In this document: one piece after another, positions 28,797 through 43,185 of the stretch | Position numbering within the stretch: the first letter of the stretch is position 1 | Layout of the letters: the number at the start of each line of letters is the position of its first letter | Assembly (NCBI GenBank): GCA_964016885.1 | Contig: OZ024747.1 | Location: forward strand, 54,684,001-54,748,000 | Origin: Eledone cirrhosa | Taxonomy: Eukaryota | DNA: 64,000 nucleotides | Reading direction: 5' to 3' | Made by a program: the position numbers and the translations under genes | The notes under the pieces: model-generated | Told to the model about the DNA's origin: nothing | Database searches by the model: none | Seen by the model: only the letters and a program-made list of their open reading frames with translations

Positions 28797-28799
<3 letters not shown>
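28464..28799 (+). pseudogene. Non-LTR retrotransposon reverse transcriptase fragment (RTE-like)
   Basis: Manual translation: DIEK(a)YD...DEQLLVAFRSLYKFTSICIRISGVKSKPLKGDDGLRQCCVLPPLLLIIFVERIDMCRRG...YSYLEFADLVVLNSLERD, i.e. decayed GLRQGCVLSPLLF and FADD motifs. Confidence 0.85.
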
Positions 28800-28865
<66 letters not shown>

Positions 28866-28948
28866 AAACCAACAACACAACCACTAATACTACTGGTAAT
28901 ACGACCACCACAACCACCACCACTAGTACTACTACAAATACTACCATA

Positions 28949-29020
<72 letters not shown>

Positions 29021-29648
29021 GCTGCTGCTGCTACTGCTGCTGCTGCTGCTACTGTTGTGGCTGTTTGTCCAATTGACATCAACAGGTGAAATGTGTGTGG
29101 TGTAAAATGTGTTCTACTTATTGAAATTATAAATTATAGTGTCGTCCAGGCGAAACGAAGAAACGTTAGAATAATTGAAAAAAAAAACTCTAACAAAAAA
29201 ACAAAACACAAAGCAAGCAAAACAAAAACAATAAAATGAAACAGGAACAAAATGATACAACAAAAAAATAAAATAAGTCGAGAAAAATTACAAAAACTAC
29301 ACACATACACACACGCACACAGACACACACATACACACATGCACACACACACACACACACACACACACAGATGTAAAACAAACAGTCCGCCATATTGGCT
29401 CTCCTTCCTGTCCCATTGGTTGATGACGTTAACAACACAAAGGCAATCACAAAATGTCTATAAATTATGTTGCCAAGGAGAAAATCTACTTCACTAATAA
29501 TCACGTAATTGTGTATGTATGTGTGTACATATCTATGAATGTGTGTATTTATGCATGTATATTTATGTGTGTGTTTGTACGTATGTATATATGTGTGTAT
29601 GTATGTACATATACATGTATATATATGCGTGTAAGTATGTGTTTTATG

Positions 29649-29705
<57 letters not shown>

Positions 29706-29752
29706 GTTTGTGTACATCTGATTGTGTGCGTCATTATAACTATCTATCTCTA

Positions 29753-29797
<45 letters not shown>

Positions 29798-29926
29798 ATA
29801 TATATCTATATATCTATATCTATATCTACCTATCTATTTATCTGCCTATCTATCTCTCTCTCTCTATATATATATACGCATCTCTCCATCTCTATCTCTA
29901 TCTATCTATATATACATATATCTATT

Positions 29927-30007
<81 letters not shown>

Positions 30008-30499
30008 ATATATATATATATATGCACGTGTCTATATGTATGGCGCCGTATATATATATGCATGGTCAATATGTGTGCGGTGTGGTTTGCTGTGGTTCGG
30101 TCTGTTGCTGTGCTTGCGTGTGCATGAGTTTGTCAAATTGTTTATTGTTACAGCGGGTGAGATATAACATATAACCATATAATGATGATAGTTATGTTGA
30201 TGATGATGTTTGTGTTGATAGTGTACATGTATGTAAGAGTGTTGATGCTGTGTGTTGAGAGATGATGATGCTGTCGTGTCGTGGGGGTATAGAACAGAAT
30301 AGAATGGAACACAATTTATTATATGTATGCAATTATAAGCAATTATTTCGAGTCGATTCCACAGGACAGCTGATTTGTAAATTTTGTAATAAAAAAAATA
30401 ACCCTCAAAAATAAGGAAAAGTAAATTGTCGATAAAAATAACTTACCAAAATAACATAAAAATAAATCGAAATCGGACATTGTATATGCATACACACAC

Positions 30500-30571
<72 letters not shown>

Positions 30572-30691
30572 ACGTACATACGTGCATATATGGTTAAAAT
30601 TGTATAGCATCCACTTTCCCGTTATAAACTTACCCATGCGTGTCTTGGCTTTGTATTATATACATATACATACATATACATCTATATATAC

Positions 30692-30722
<31 letters not shown>

Positions 30723-31076
30723 CATATATTCACACACATATATACGTATATATAATGAATTTCTTTTACTATATACAACACTTGCCTGTTAAGGCCAATT
30801 AACCTCGCAAAATAAAAATAAAGCAAGTAATTGAAAAAAAATCAAAATGAATAATGGGAAAAATAAAGAACGCTAAAATGGAGGAAAAAAGGTCGGCCTC
30901 GTGACAATGTAGTATATGAGTGATGACATGACGTCAGGGCTCCAGGAGGGGTGAGCACATTAAATAGGAAATGTGTACTAAAATGGGAGGGACATAAATA
31001 GAAATATTAAATAGATAGGTAGATTAATGCATGGATAAACATGTGTATGGATATACGCACACACACACAGACACAG

Positions 31077-31178
<102 letters not shown>

Positions 31179-31344
31179 ATATATATATACAAACGCACGT
31201 ACACAAATGTACGCCATATTTATTCATAAAGTTATTTATATAAGCAGGTAGATAGATTCGTAAGTAGAAACACGGCACAAATAGGTATCTGTCTGTACAC
31301 ACACACAGTCACACACACACATTCATATTCATACATACATATGT

Positions 31345-31393
<49 letters not shown>

Positions 31394-31489
31394 CATGTAT
31401 ACATATATACATACCTATATATAAATATATATAAATATATATATACAATGATATTAAATAAATGGAAACTATATTTATAAAACCACATT

Positions 31490-31548
31490 TATTCTATTAT
31501 ATATATTTCAAGGGTACCAACATTTTGGTACGCTTTCATCAGATATCA
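31490..31548 (-). ncRNA. Hammerhead ribozyme core in an inverted segment of a Penelope-like terminus (31446-31650)
   Basis: Minus strand: tat-CTGATGA-aag.gtaccaa/ttggtac.ctt-GAAA-tatata-TA-atagaata. Stem I is shortened by an inversion junction bounded by caatgatat/atatcattg. Confidence 0.65.
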
Positions 31549-31653
31549 TTGGTACAATTGAATATTATACTCCAGAAAACTGCCGTGTGCTCTGAATCAC
31601 TTATAAACATTTATATTTTTTGAATTACCAACAAATTGAATATCCCTTTAGCT

Positions 31654-31714
<61 letters not shown>

Positions 31715-31750
31715 GCACACACATATATATATATAAAACTGTTTATATTG

Positions 31751-31816
31751 TATTTTGTCTGATGAAGGCATAGCATATTGTTAATATGATATCCCCGAAA
31801 TATATATAATGAAATA
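31751..31816 (+). ncRNA. Minimal type I hammerhead ribozyme within a Penelope-like terminal repeat (to ~31950)
   Basis: tattttgt-CTGATGA-a.gg.ata.catatt/aatatg.tat.cc.c-GAAA-tatata-TA-atgaaata; the first stem II pair is an A.C mismatch. Confidence 0.7.
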
Positions 31817-31970
31817 AATATGGTTTTATAAATATAGTTTTCCATTTATTTAATATTGTAAATATACTCCAAATATTTGTCGAGTGCTTTTATATCAGTT
31901 ATAAATATTTACTAGTTGTAACCCAACAATTTTAAATATAACTTTACATGTATATATACATATATATATA

Positions 31971-32125
31971 TAGGAAGAGTCAGGACTCCCACGGCTGAGA
32001 TCCGAGCTATCGGATCTCAGTCGTCGGGGTCCTGACTCTTTTCCTATTACCCACTCTACTACCCTAAAGATTGAGTACTCTGGTGCGTTATGGTCCACCT
32101 GGTATCTTACCGCACCCTATTTGTT
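31971..32125 (+). mobile_element. Fold-back element family B (copy 2)
   Basis: Hairpin at 31971-32046 with a 4 nt loop, followed by the same tail as copy 1; (TA)n on both sides. Confidence 0.75.
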
Positions 32126-32143
32126 ATATATATATATGTATAC

Positions 32144-32179
<36 letters not shown>

Positions 32180-32968
32180 GGGGGAGTGAGAGTGAGAGAG
32201 TATGAAAGATATAAATATATAGAGGGAGGGCTGTACCTATTTAGAGCTGGGTGAACTGGTATTTTCCGATATCTATAACTTAACAATAGACATACCGCTC
32301 TCTGGTGACAAAGACATATAGTTAGTTTAGCAGGCAAGCAACAATGAGCACCTTTTTCTATGACCTCTAATGCCTATATCTTATGTACCCCTTCTTCCCG
32401 GTTCATGTGCCTCTTTAACACGTGAGCATGTCATTTTGACTGTCTTACAGTGATGATGTTCCGTAGATTACTTATTTTAGTAAATATTACTTGTGGAATG
32501 CTCCAGTACAAACCTCTCTAACATGTAAACAGAACAAACTAGATATAATGATGTGTGACTGAGAATATGAAGTGTACACAGTTATAGAAATTAGTTGTTC
32601 AGCAGACGTTAACATAATGGTAAAAGATGAAAGAAAATAGGAGAACATATTCATATAATCTGTAAACTAATGAGAAATCTGCAGATAATATACCCGTGTT
32701 ATATCTTTAGATGTATAAGTAATTATTGAGCTAGGTTATTTTTTTTTCGTTTTTTTTTTATAGATAAGTACCTGGCTTGGTACCAATCTCGAAAAGCTGG
32801 GCTTCATAAAACTAAATAGAAATACGGCTACTTTTGAAATTATAACTTCAAACCAGTAACAGAAGTTTGAAAATATGTAAGACATTCCAGAAATTTAGCC
32901 TCAATAATGAACAAATACTCTTTCACACACACACACACATACGTAACCACACGCGCGCGCATACACAG

Positions 32969-33006
<38 letters not shown>

Positions 33007-34272
33007 ATGGGTGTATGTGTGCGTATGTATGTATAAATATATATATATATACATATATCAAAAGCATGTATTGAGTTAGAAACTCAAAATGATCTCATTA
33101 CAGTAAAATTAGCTTTAGGAAAAAGGTTTTTCCGAGCCGTATAGTTTAACTGAACAAAAAAGTAGAACGAACACAGACATACATGTATGTGTTCAAATCG
33201 TAATGGACCAGAAATATAAATATATATATATATATTTCAAGATTAAACCAGTATTAAACGAGAGCATTATTCGACACGGTACTCGACACTTGGGATAGTA
33301 GGGTGCGACTTCATTGGAATGATTCGGAGCCCGATGGCTGAGCTTTTGCCATTTCAGCAGCTAGTTCTTACCCACAGATCTCTTCTACTATTATTACAAT
33401 GACCTCTTCTCCTCGGAGTCTACTAGTTTCACACCACCTCTATTTGGACACTGCGGACACACATTCCTCTTCTACTCATCACCATATGTCCATGTATGAC
33501 AGGCCCCACACTTACAACTACCTGATAGAATCCGTCCCATTTAATATTTGGTTAAATTTTCTTCCCTACACTCTAAAAGAGGAGAAATTGATATACAATA
33601 TGAAAACTTGCTTCAGCAACAACATATTTCATTTATCGATACTATATGAGTGATGAAGAAAGTTGACCATGGCGTGGTTTATGCTCAAAGTGCAGAGTTC
33701 GGGAAAACATCAAGGATTTTGACCGGCTCTTTAACGAAACTTTCAATTCCCTGGCTGCGAATGAAGGATGTACGAAATTGATATGAAAGCCATTAGCTAT
33801 ATCATCCCAAAATATAATAGAAGTGCATTAAGACAATACCGACCTATGAAGCTTGCTTTAAACTAACACATATGGAAGAAATATAGCTTAGTTTTTCAGA
33901 TCACAAGCCATAAACATCAAAATATCTTGATCTACCAATCAATTCGAAACTTCCTGCATATAATATTTTCGTGTTGTTTTTTCAGTTGGTAGGTATGGAG
34001 GATGAGGTGGTACATGTGGCCAAAACAGTCTCTCCGAAACCGGGTAGGTCAATACCATTGATGTTCCGCTAAGAAGACAGCTACGGGTCAACATCCGTAC
34101 AAAACACTTGACCAGCTCTAGAAATCAGATACGTTTGGTATAAAGCATTTGGCGTACGGAGCTTGGGTTGTTGGAATAAAGAAGGATGGTGAGTGGAAGA
34201 TAGATGAATCACTCCAAAGGCTTGTTATGAGGAGTAGATAATGTTTTAATAGCGGTAGAAACAATCGGTACG

Positions 34273-34380
34273 TGTGAGCCTCGCGAGACGGAATGGCTCT
34301 TCCAGCGCATCTCCCTTATCATCTTCCGGGGAAACGCCTTCTCCATTCTGTCCGCCGGAACTGTGGGAGCGCCCAACATA
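34273..34380 (+). pseudogene. 3' fragment of a restriction-like-endonuclease (CRE-like) non-LTR retrotransposon
   Basis: Translates as CEPRETEWLFQRISLIIFRGNAFSILSAG; homologous to 47885-48069. Confidence 0.65.
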
Positions 34381-35166
34381 TGGGACCCCATTTACTCATA
34401 ATACAGAGAGATGGGGAAGGCAAGAGAGATGGAGGCGATGACAGTGGGAGTTCGTCTCTTCTGTTTTCGGAAACATTTATCAATTCTATGTTGCTGTTGA
34501 TACTTAAATATCCGACCATTATTCCTTCAAAGATAGAGTTGTGGTTTGGCCAGTGGCGGGAGAGGAGAAAATCATCATTTAAACGGCATTATTTGAAGCA
34601 GCATTTATCAACATACTTTGTTTACTGAAGCACTAGGATCTCCCAACAAATATGTACGTCTCACCATTCTTAGAAAAAATAGTTTACCGCATAAAAATAG
34701 ATCATGGTATACAACAAAGGATACAAGTCATTAAACAACGTAGCATTTAGTATAGGATACATTATATAATATTTTTTAGTATACAATATAGTTTACAACA
34801 TAGTATACTGTATAAGGTAGAGTATAGTATTGTATATAGTATATTATACAGGACAGTATACAGCATACTATATAGTGTATAGTATATAGTATAATACACA
34901 GTGTAGTATATGATATAGTACACAATACAGAGAGAGAGAGAGGGGGACAGAAAGAGAGAGAACGTGAGAGAGAGAGAGGGCGAGAGAGAGAGTGACATAC
35001 ATACAGACAGACATAGAGAGAGAGAAAGAGAGATAGAGAGAGAGAGTGAGAGAGACAGACAGACACACTCAGAGAGAGAGAGAGAGAGAGAGTGAGAGAG
35101 AGAGAGAGAGAGACATACCGACATACAGAGAAAGAGAGAGAGAGAGAGAGAGACATACAGACATAC

Positions 35167-35205
<39 letters not shown>

Positions 35206-35214
35206 CATACATAC

Positions 35215-35245
<31 letters not shown>

Positions 35246-35802
35246 ATTGTATGATTCACGATTTACGATTGTGTGTAATAGTGAGAGTTGTTATGTAAAT
35301 TCCGTCAGTTTGTAAGGCGCGCAAGCAATCTGATGGCCGAAAGGATAGGCACGACGCGAAAACACTGCTTGAATATTCTAGTTACACCATGTCTCTGCCT
35401 GACTGAAAATCATACTGAACAATTGGACATGGAGTTGTAAATCGTATGCTGTGTAGTGTAATAGCCTGCGCATGACCAATTAGCCCCTTATGCCCATTTT
35501 CTCTCCTTCTACACGTATCTATCTATCAACCAAAACTAGAGTTCGCCGAATATCATGCAAATTGAATTGGACTATATTAAGATATGAGCAGTTGCATATG
35601 TGTGAGAGCGTGGCAAAGAAGTTGTCACGCTGGTGTCTATCGTTGTTTACAGCAATAGACAAAACAGATAAATATACGAGACATAAGTGTCAGACAAATA
35701 TACTAATAATAATGATAATAATAAAAACAATATGTACGCATACACATATATACACGCACACACACACACCCACACACACACACATATATATATATCTATA
35801 TA

Positions 35803-35841
<39 letters not shown>

Positions 35842-36328
35842 TTATATGTATATATATATATATCACGGGAGATAACTCTTTGCTTGCAGTTTATCAATAT
35901 GATGACAGCGAATTAACGCTCTAAAAGCCTCCTCTACATATTTCATTGTGTGCAAGCGTGGGAGGGAGGGGTGCATGGCATTTGTCCAAAGAGAGGGAAA
36001 ACGGCTTTGAAAACTGACATTAAGCTATATGGAATATAGTTAAGCAATATCAGACATGTCTGCCAAAGTTGCAGCCATTATCTTTCAACAGAAAGTCAAT
36101 GACAATATGTCATTCACCATAGTTTGGCAGCTATGTAAAGATCGATGGTGTGGAGCGGAGTGGTAGGGTGATTGTGATATTCGGACGTTGGGTGGATACG
36201 GAAGTTGCAAATGGTAAATGTTTCAAATTGCTGTTATTGAAAAGCAATAAAAGTAAACACCACTGCAATTTCTACTGTTTACTCTTCTCTCTTCCACTAC
36301 ACTATATGTGTGAGTGTGAGTGTGTGTG

Positions 36329-36366
<38 letters not shown>

Positions 36367-36413
36367 TATATTTATATATATATGCATGTATGTATCAACA
36401 CACACACACACAC

Positions 36414-36492
<79 letters not shown>

Positions 36493-36640
36493 TTTAAGTT
36501 TGGTTGTTCACCAGTGGATAGAACTGGTCATTTCATATAGTCAACCATGATGTAATATTAGGAAAAGCACTCGACGTTGTACAACTCTTACAACTTCGAT
36601 GTTGAAACTTGTTGGCGGTGTGAGAACGGAGTTTATTATT

Positions 36641-37102
<462 letters not shown>

Positions 37103-37124
37103 TGTGTGTGTGTGTGTACATGTA

Positions 37125-37370
37125 GATAATGGTTTAAACCGGGGTATTATATCCGTAGTAAGGAGACCACTCAGTCAAGGGACGTTTTCGTTACAAAGGT
37201 AGTCCCACAAGAAATTAGTAAACTAAACTCGAGGACATGCGTTTCACCGAGCGGATTTTAACCCCTGTATGACTTCGCTGAGAACGTACACCATTCATGG
37301 GTTCAAAACCCGCTCGATGAAACGCGCGTCCTTGATTATGGTTTGCTGAATTTTTGTGGAACCAACTCTC
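37125..37370. mobile_element. Fold-back repeat related to 9545-9742
   Basis: Inverted repeat at 37204-37264 / 37299-37359; contains GAAA-cgcgcg-TC, an HHR 3' half with a palindromic stem III. Confidence 0.55.
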
Positions 37371-37396
37371 TCTCTAAATATATTTATATACATATA

Positions 37397-37496
<100 letters not shown>

Positions 37497-37904
37497 TGTG
37501 TGTGTGTGTTGGACTTCCGTCCGTTCGGATGATGACGAGTGTTCTCTTTGCTTGACCGACGGAACAGTTTATGCTCGAAATTAACGTGGAACTGGTTCAG
37601 CACCCATTCCACATGTTTTCTTAAAGTAGTTTGCAAAGACTTCCAGTAAAACACATTGTATGACAATGTCGTCCTTTTAACTTATAGGTACATCTCATTA
37701 TTGTCAGCTGAGTGGACTGTAAGAAGGTGAAATAGGGTGTCCTGTAGGTGTTCTACTGATGTTCATGTATCTGTATGCGTTGGTTTCTTAATGTATCTAT
37801 CAATTATTGAACATATCTGAAAAGGGAAAACTAGATTTTTGACGTGCAAATTTTACGGATTCTCACTGATATATTCTGTTTTCTATTTATCTGATTTAAT
37901 GAGT

Positions 37905-38340
37905 TTAATTTAGGCAAAAGTTCAGTAATTTTGCGGGAGGGAACAATCTATTAACTTGAATTGACAGGCACCTTACTTTACAAATTCCTGATGGTGAATG
38001 GCAAAGTCGGTTTCGGTGGGTTTTGACCTCAGGAAGTTAAGAGCTGAATCAAAAAAATCATTCGTCCGACGTTCCAACGCCTCAGCCAATCAGCCGCCTT
38101 TGAAACTTTAATCCTCGAATAAATTCTAAATAAGAGAGAAGGCCACCAATTTGTGGAGACGGAAATATTGATTACATCGATTCACGTAGGTAACTTTACT
38201 TTATTTTATCGATCGTAGCCTGAATGAAAGGGAAAATTAGCCTTAGTGGGATTTGAACAGAGAACAAAAAGAACGTAGTTAAATACTTGCAAAGCATTTT
38301 GTCCGAGTCTCTAACAATTCTGGACATCCATCAACCTCAC
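37905..38340 (-). mobile_element. Two degenerate SINE family A copies (37905-38100, 38125-38340)
   Basis: ggcaaagtcggtttcggtgggttttgacctc...gccaatcagccgcc and ttattttatcgatc...tgaaaggg...gtgggatttgaac. Confidence 0.7.
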
Positions 38341-39092
38341 ATTGCGAATCAATAACTGCACTGTTGTATTATTTAGTGTATAGTTTGTTAGTCACGTGTG
38401 AAACATCTTTGATCCTCTACTAGAAATAGAAGTCTTATACAACTTAAATTACAGAACGGATTCTTAAAAAATGAATTACTCATTCATATAGCTATTTCTA
38501 GATATAAAAAGAAACGGGTGGTCAGGACTTCAACATATCTGATGACTGGTTGATGTGCTCTATCAAGGTTACTTCGGGACTAAAAATCACCACCAACATC
38601 ATCAACAAGTATAACAACAACAAAAGTTGTGTTGCTGCTGTTAACAGCAACGATTCACACAATCTAAAATGGCGGACAACAGCAACCGTTAAAAACATAA
38701 GAGAATAATGGCGTAGCAGTGTCTTCGTAGGACACCAATTCTGATCAGTTTGAACTGTATACAGCCCATTCCTTCATCAACCTAGCAAGTTGTCACTATA
38801 TTAGTTAGAGATAAGATATGACGATAACAATGCACTTTTTTTAGTTTTAGTTTTAGTTTTATTTGGTTTTCATATAATTTTATTTTATTTTGCGTTCATA
38901 TGTTTTTTCTTTTATTTTTCACCTATAGCTAACAAAGCATTGCTGAAATCAGGCCAAGCCACACTTCGGCTTTCATCCTTGAGAAATCAATAAAATGAAT
39001 AATTACCAAGTTTTGTTACGTTTCAATATTCATGCGATAATTATCCTCTCTCTCTCTCACCCCTTTCACTTACTTTCTCTTTGTCCCTCTCT

Positions 39093-39188
<96 letters not shown>

Positions 39189-39219
39189 AAATATGTATAT
39201 ATATATATATATACGTATT

Positions 39220-39251
<32 letters not shown>

Positions 39252-39356
39252 TTTAATTGTTCCCTCCATCTTCTACACGTCAATTACACAGCAACATCAT
39301 CAACAGACGTGTGTGTGTGCGTGTGTGTGTGTATATATATATATGTATACATACAG

Positions 39357-39414
<58 letters not shown>

Positions 39415-39429
39415 ATATATACATGTATA

Positions 39430-39469
<40 letters not shown>

Positions 39470-39548
39470 TATATACATGTATATATATATATGTATATAT
39501 ATATATGTATATATATATATGTATGTATACATATATATATTTATACAC

Positions 39549-39594
<46 letters not shown>

Positions 39595-39924
39595 GTATTT
39601 GTTGTATGTATAGGTAAATATAACGTATTTGATATTCTATCTTTCAATATTACTTTTCACTAATTGGTATCGATTAAAATTCTACCCAACCTAACATCTG
39701 AGCTAATGTGGAAAGGTATCCCTTTCTCCCATGTTACCTCCCCCCATCCCTGTCTCCTCATTACCTTCATTCCCACCAGCCTCCTGGCTTTTGTCTATAT
39801 TACGTAATACAGAACGCTTAGTGCCATTACGTTATTAGACGGCGGGCAGAGTCTACCCAGGATAATGAGTTGGGATAGATATAATGTATTTGACTGTATG
39901 AATATATACATAGAAACATATATA

Positions 39925-39979
<55 letters not shown>

Positions 39980-40574
39980 TATATGAATCAATTATTTAGA
40001 TGTATGTAGGTATATATACTTATGTGTGTATCCGGTTCTGTATTTATGTTTTGATCATGTGAGTTAATGCTGATTACCTTCTCTGATGTTAGGCCTTAGA
40101 TGTTATATGATCGCTTAGTCACTCTACCACCACATTGCAGCTGTCCTTCATTTAAACATACCTTTTACACCTCTATCACTTGCTTGTCTTTCGCTACTTC
40201 GACGCCTAAACTCGCCACACGTTGTCTAACATAGCTCACCGCAACCTCCAACAATCAACTCTCCTCTTCTCCTCAACAAGACTAAACCCACCATCACAAC
40301 AACAACCACGACCACCACCACAGCTCTCACTGTCACTGACACCAACACTATCACCACCACCACCACCACCACCATTACCATCACCAACAGTATCACCCTT
40401 ACCACAACAACAACAACTCATATTACAAGTCCGAAAGCCCCACCATCAGCGCAAGTCTGAAGGTCTAGGTAACACCAGCATCACACCTTATATTTCAACT
40501 CCAACCCCACCACAACAGTTTAACACATTCTGTTTTGATATTCATCATACAGAATGACACTAAACAAAACGGAA

Positions 40575-40815
40575 ATTGAGGAAGTTTATGCGTGTTTGCT
40601 CACCCATGTAGAGACAGAAGCGCGTCGGACAATATGATCTATGCTACAGAGTTACGGGCATTTACGGCCTGAGTTCAATTCCTGCAGGGGTTTGCTTTGC
40701 TTTTCATCGTTATGGGATCGATAAAATAACGTACCAGTAACGCACTGCGGTTGGTTTAATCGAATTTCCCCCTCCCCTCAAATTGTGGGCGTTGTGCCTA
40801 AATCAGAAACCAATA
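40575..40815 (+). mobile_element. SINE family A, long-tail subfamily
   Basis: B-box gagttcaattcc, core tttcatcgttatgggatcgataaaataacgtaccagt, extra segment tttaatcga.tttccccctcccc before the tail. Confidence 0.8.
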
Positions 40816-41571
40816 TTTCTATCATATCGCACACTCATGCTTACATAAGAAAGGACAGGCACATTGAATAATATAGTCCAAAATAAACTGTGCCTGCAGA
40901 ACGATAGAAGCCCAAGGAAGGAACAGACTCTCTTTTGTGAGTCTTTCTGTATGCGTATGAATTCGTGTGACTGAGTGCCTCAGCCTGTACTTACCTTTGA
41001 AGTACATTGTAATTGAAGCTGTATATTCTATGCCTTGTATCATAGCAGTTGGACAAACAGAGATCGAGAAATAAATAGTTTAAATAAAGAGAATATATTG
41101 ATGTAGATATAATCTGCTGAATTCCTGAATGTTGTACCACAGCATTAATGCTAACCAATGAATTATAGCACTAAAATAATATTGCTAAAAAGCAAAAACA
41201 ACAACAGTGATCACAATTTACCTCTTTAACAACATAATAAAGCCGTCTATTACTCTTGGCATATACGACACTTCACTCAGAGGTTGCTAACCCTTTTTTT
41301 TTTATTTGCGGCACAGTTTAGAACAAATGAAAATATCTTGGCACAATTTGTGACTAAATTGAAAACAGTTATCTATATAGAAAAATAAAGAAAAGCTATA
41401 TATATTTCCTACTTTAGTCAATAAATGCAGCAAAGTTATCAATGACAAATATGTGTTCAGCGATATTTTTTTTTTCAATCTTACATTAGTTGATTATTAA
41501 CTTGAGTGTTGTGTATGGACTTTATTTTATAATAAATTTCACTATGAGGTCATCGCGAAGCAAATATCGAT

Positions 41572-41722
41572 AATAATGGTTTCTACATTAGACACAAAGC
41601 CAGTAATTTCGGAGAGAAGAACAAGTTGATTTAACCCCAACCATTACTTCATTGGTATATTATTTTATAAATCTGAGAAGGATGAAAGGCAATGATGGCC
41701 TCGGTGGGATTTGAACTCAAAA
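41572..41722 (-). mobile_element. SINE family A, degenerate and truncated
   Basis: aataatggtttctac...aaggatgaaaggc...cctcggtgggatttgaactca. Confidence 0.75.
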
Positions 41723-42209
41723 CAATACTATCATCACAATAATATCTGCCTCCCTACACAACTTCCCAACAATATCATCAACACAACACCACATAACCGT
41801 TTGCACAAACACCGAAGTAAAGCTAACACCCTCAACACCACCACAGCACCACAACATTATTACCACCACTACACAACATGTCACCGACACCACAACTCCA
41901 CAGCATCATTGTCACAGCATCATTGTCTAACTCTATCACCACACTTATCTTCACCACCCCGTCCACCACCATTTTCACCACCAACACATACACCACTTTC
42001 AACATCTACACAACCACCACCACCACCACCACCACCACTACCACCACCACCACCACGAAACCACCACCACCACTACCACCATAACAGTGAAACGATCACC
42101 ATCACCAACTACCACCATAACACAACAACCACCACCATCATCAACAAGCCAATCAAACAAAACACTTCACCATCACAGTAACTAACTAAGTACCTACAAT
42201 ATCACCACC

Positions 42210-43185
42210 ACAAACACCACAACACCACAACACTACAACACCACAACACTACAACACCACAACACCACAACACCACAACACCACAACACTACAACACCAC
42301 AACACCACAACACTACAACACTACAACACTACAACAGTACAACACCACAACAACACAACACTACAACACCACAACACTACAACACCACAACACCACAACA
42401 ACACAACACTACAACAACACAACACTACAACACCACAACACTACAACACCAAAACACCACAACACTACAACACCACAATACCACAACACCACAACGCTAC
42501 AACACCAAAATACTACAACACCACAAACACCACAACACCACAACACTACAACACTACAACACTACAACACTACAACACTAGAACACTACAACACCATTAC
42601 ACTACAACACCACAATACCACAACACCACAACACTACAACACCACAAACACCACAACACCACAACACTACAACACTACAACACTACAACACTAGAACACT
42701 AAAACACCACAACACTACAACACTACAACACCACAATACCACAACACTACAAACACCACAACACCACAACACTACAACACTAGAACACTACAGCACCACA
42801 ACACTACAACACCACAATACCACAACACCACAATACCACAACACCACAACACTACAACACCACAAACACCACAACACCACAACACTACAACACTACAACA
42901 CTACAACACTAGAACACTAAAACACCACAACACTACAACACTACAACACCACAATACCACAACACTACAAACACCACAACACTACAACACTACAACACTA
43001 CAACACTACAGCACCACAACACTACAACACCACAACACCACAACACCACAACACTACAACACTACAACACCACAGCAGCACAACAACACAACAACACAAC
43101 ACTACAAAACTACAACACTACAACACCACAGCAGCACAACAAAACAACAACACAACACTACAACACTACAACACAACAACGCAAC
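42210..43185. repeat. 8-bp minisatellite (ACAACACY)n, ~1 kb
   Basis: acaacacc/acaacact units with internal higher-order duplications. Confidence 0.95.

Noticed and set aside
30890-30970. Regulatory-looking motifs (TGACGTCA here; CTTTGAT near 7967; TAAT clusters near 50110; CCAAT near 35477)
   Set aside because: Short motifs are expected by chance in 64 kb, and no conservation or chromatin data are available.
40985-41045. Strong minus-strand donor AAAG|GTAAGT with the short ORF MIQGIEYTASITMYFK
   Set aside because: No recognisable protein and no partner exons; cannot be supported without transcripts. The same applies to the possible micro-exon at ~33985-34042.
41278-41350. hAT-like terminus cagaggttgctaacccttttt...gcggcaca
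   Set aside because: No matching second terminal repeat or 8 bp TSD could be found.
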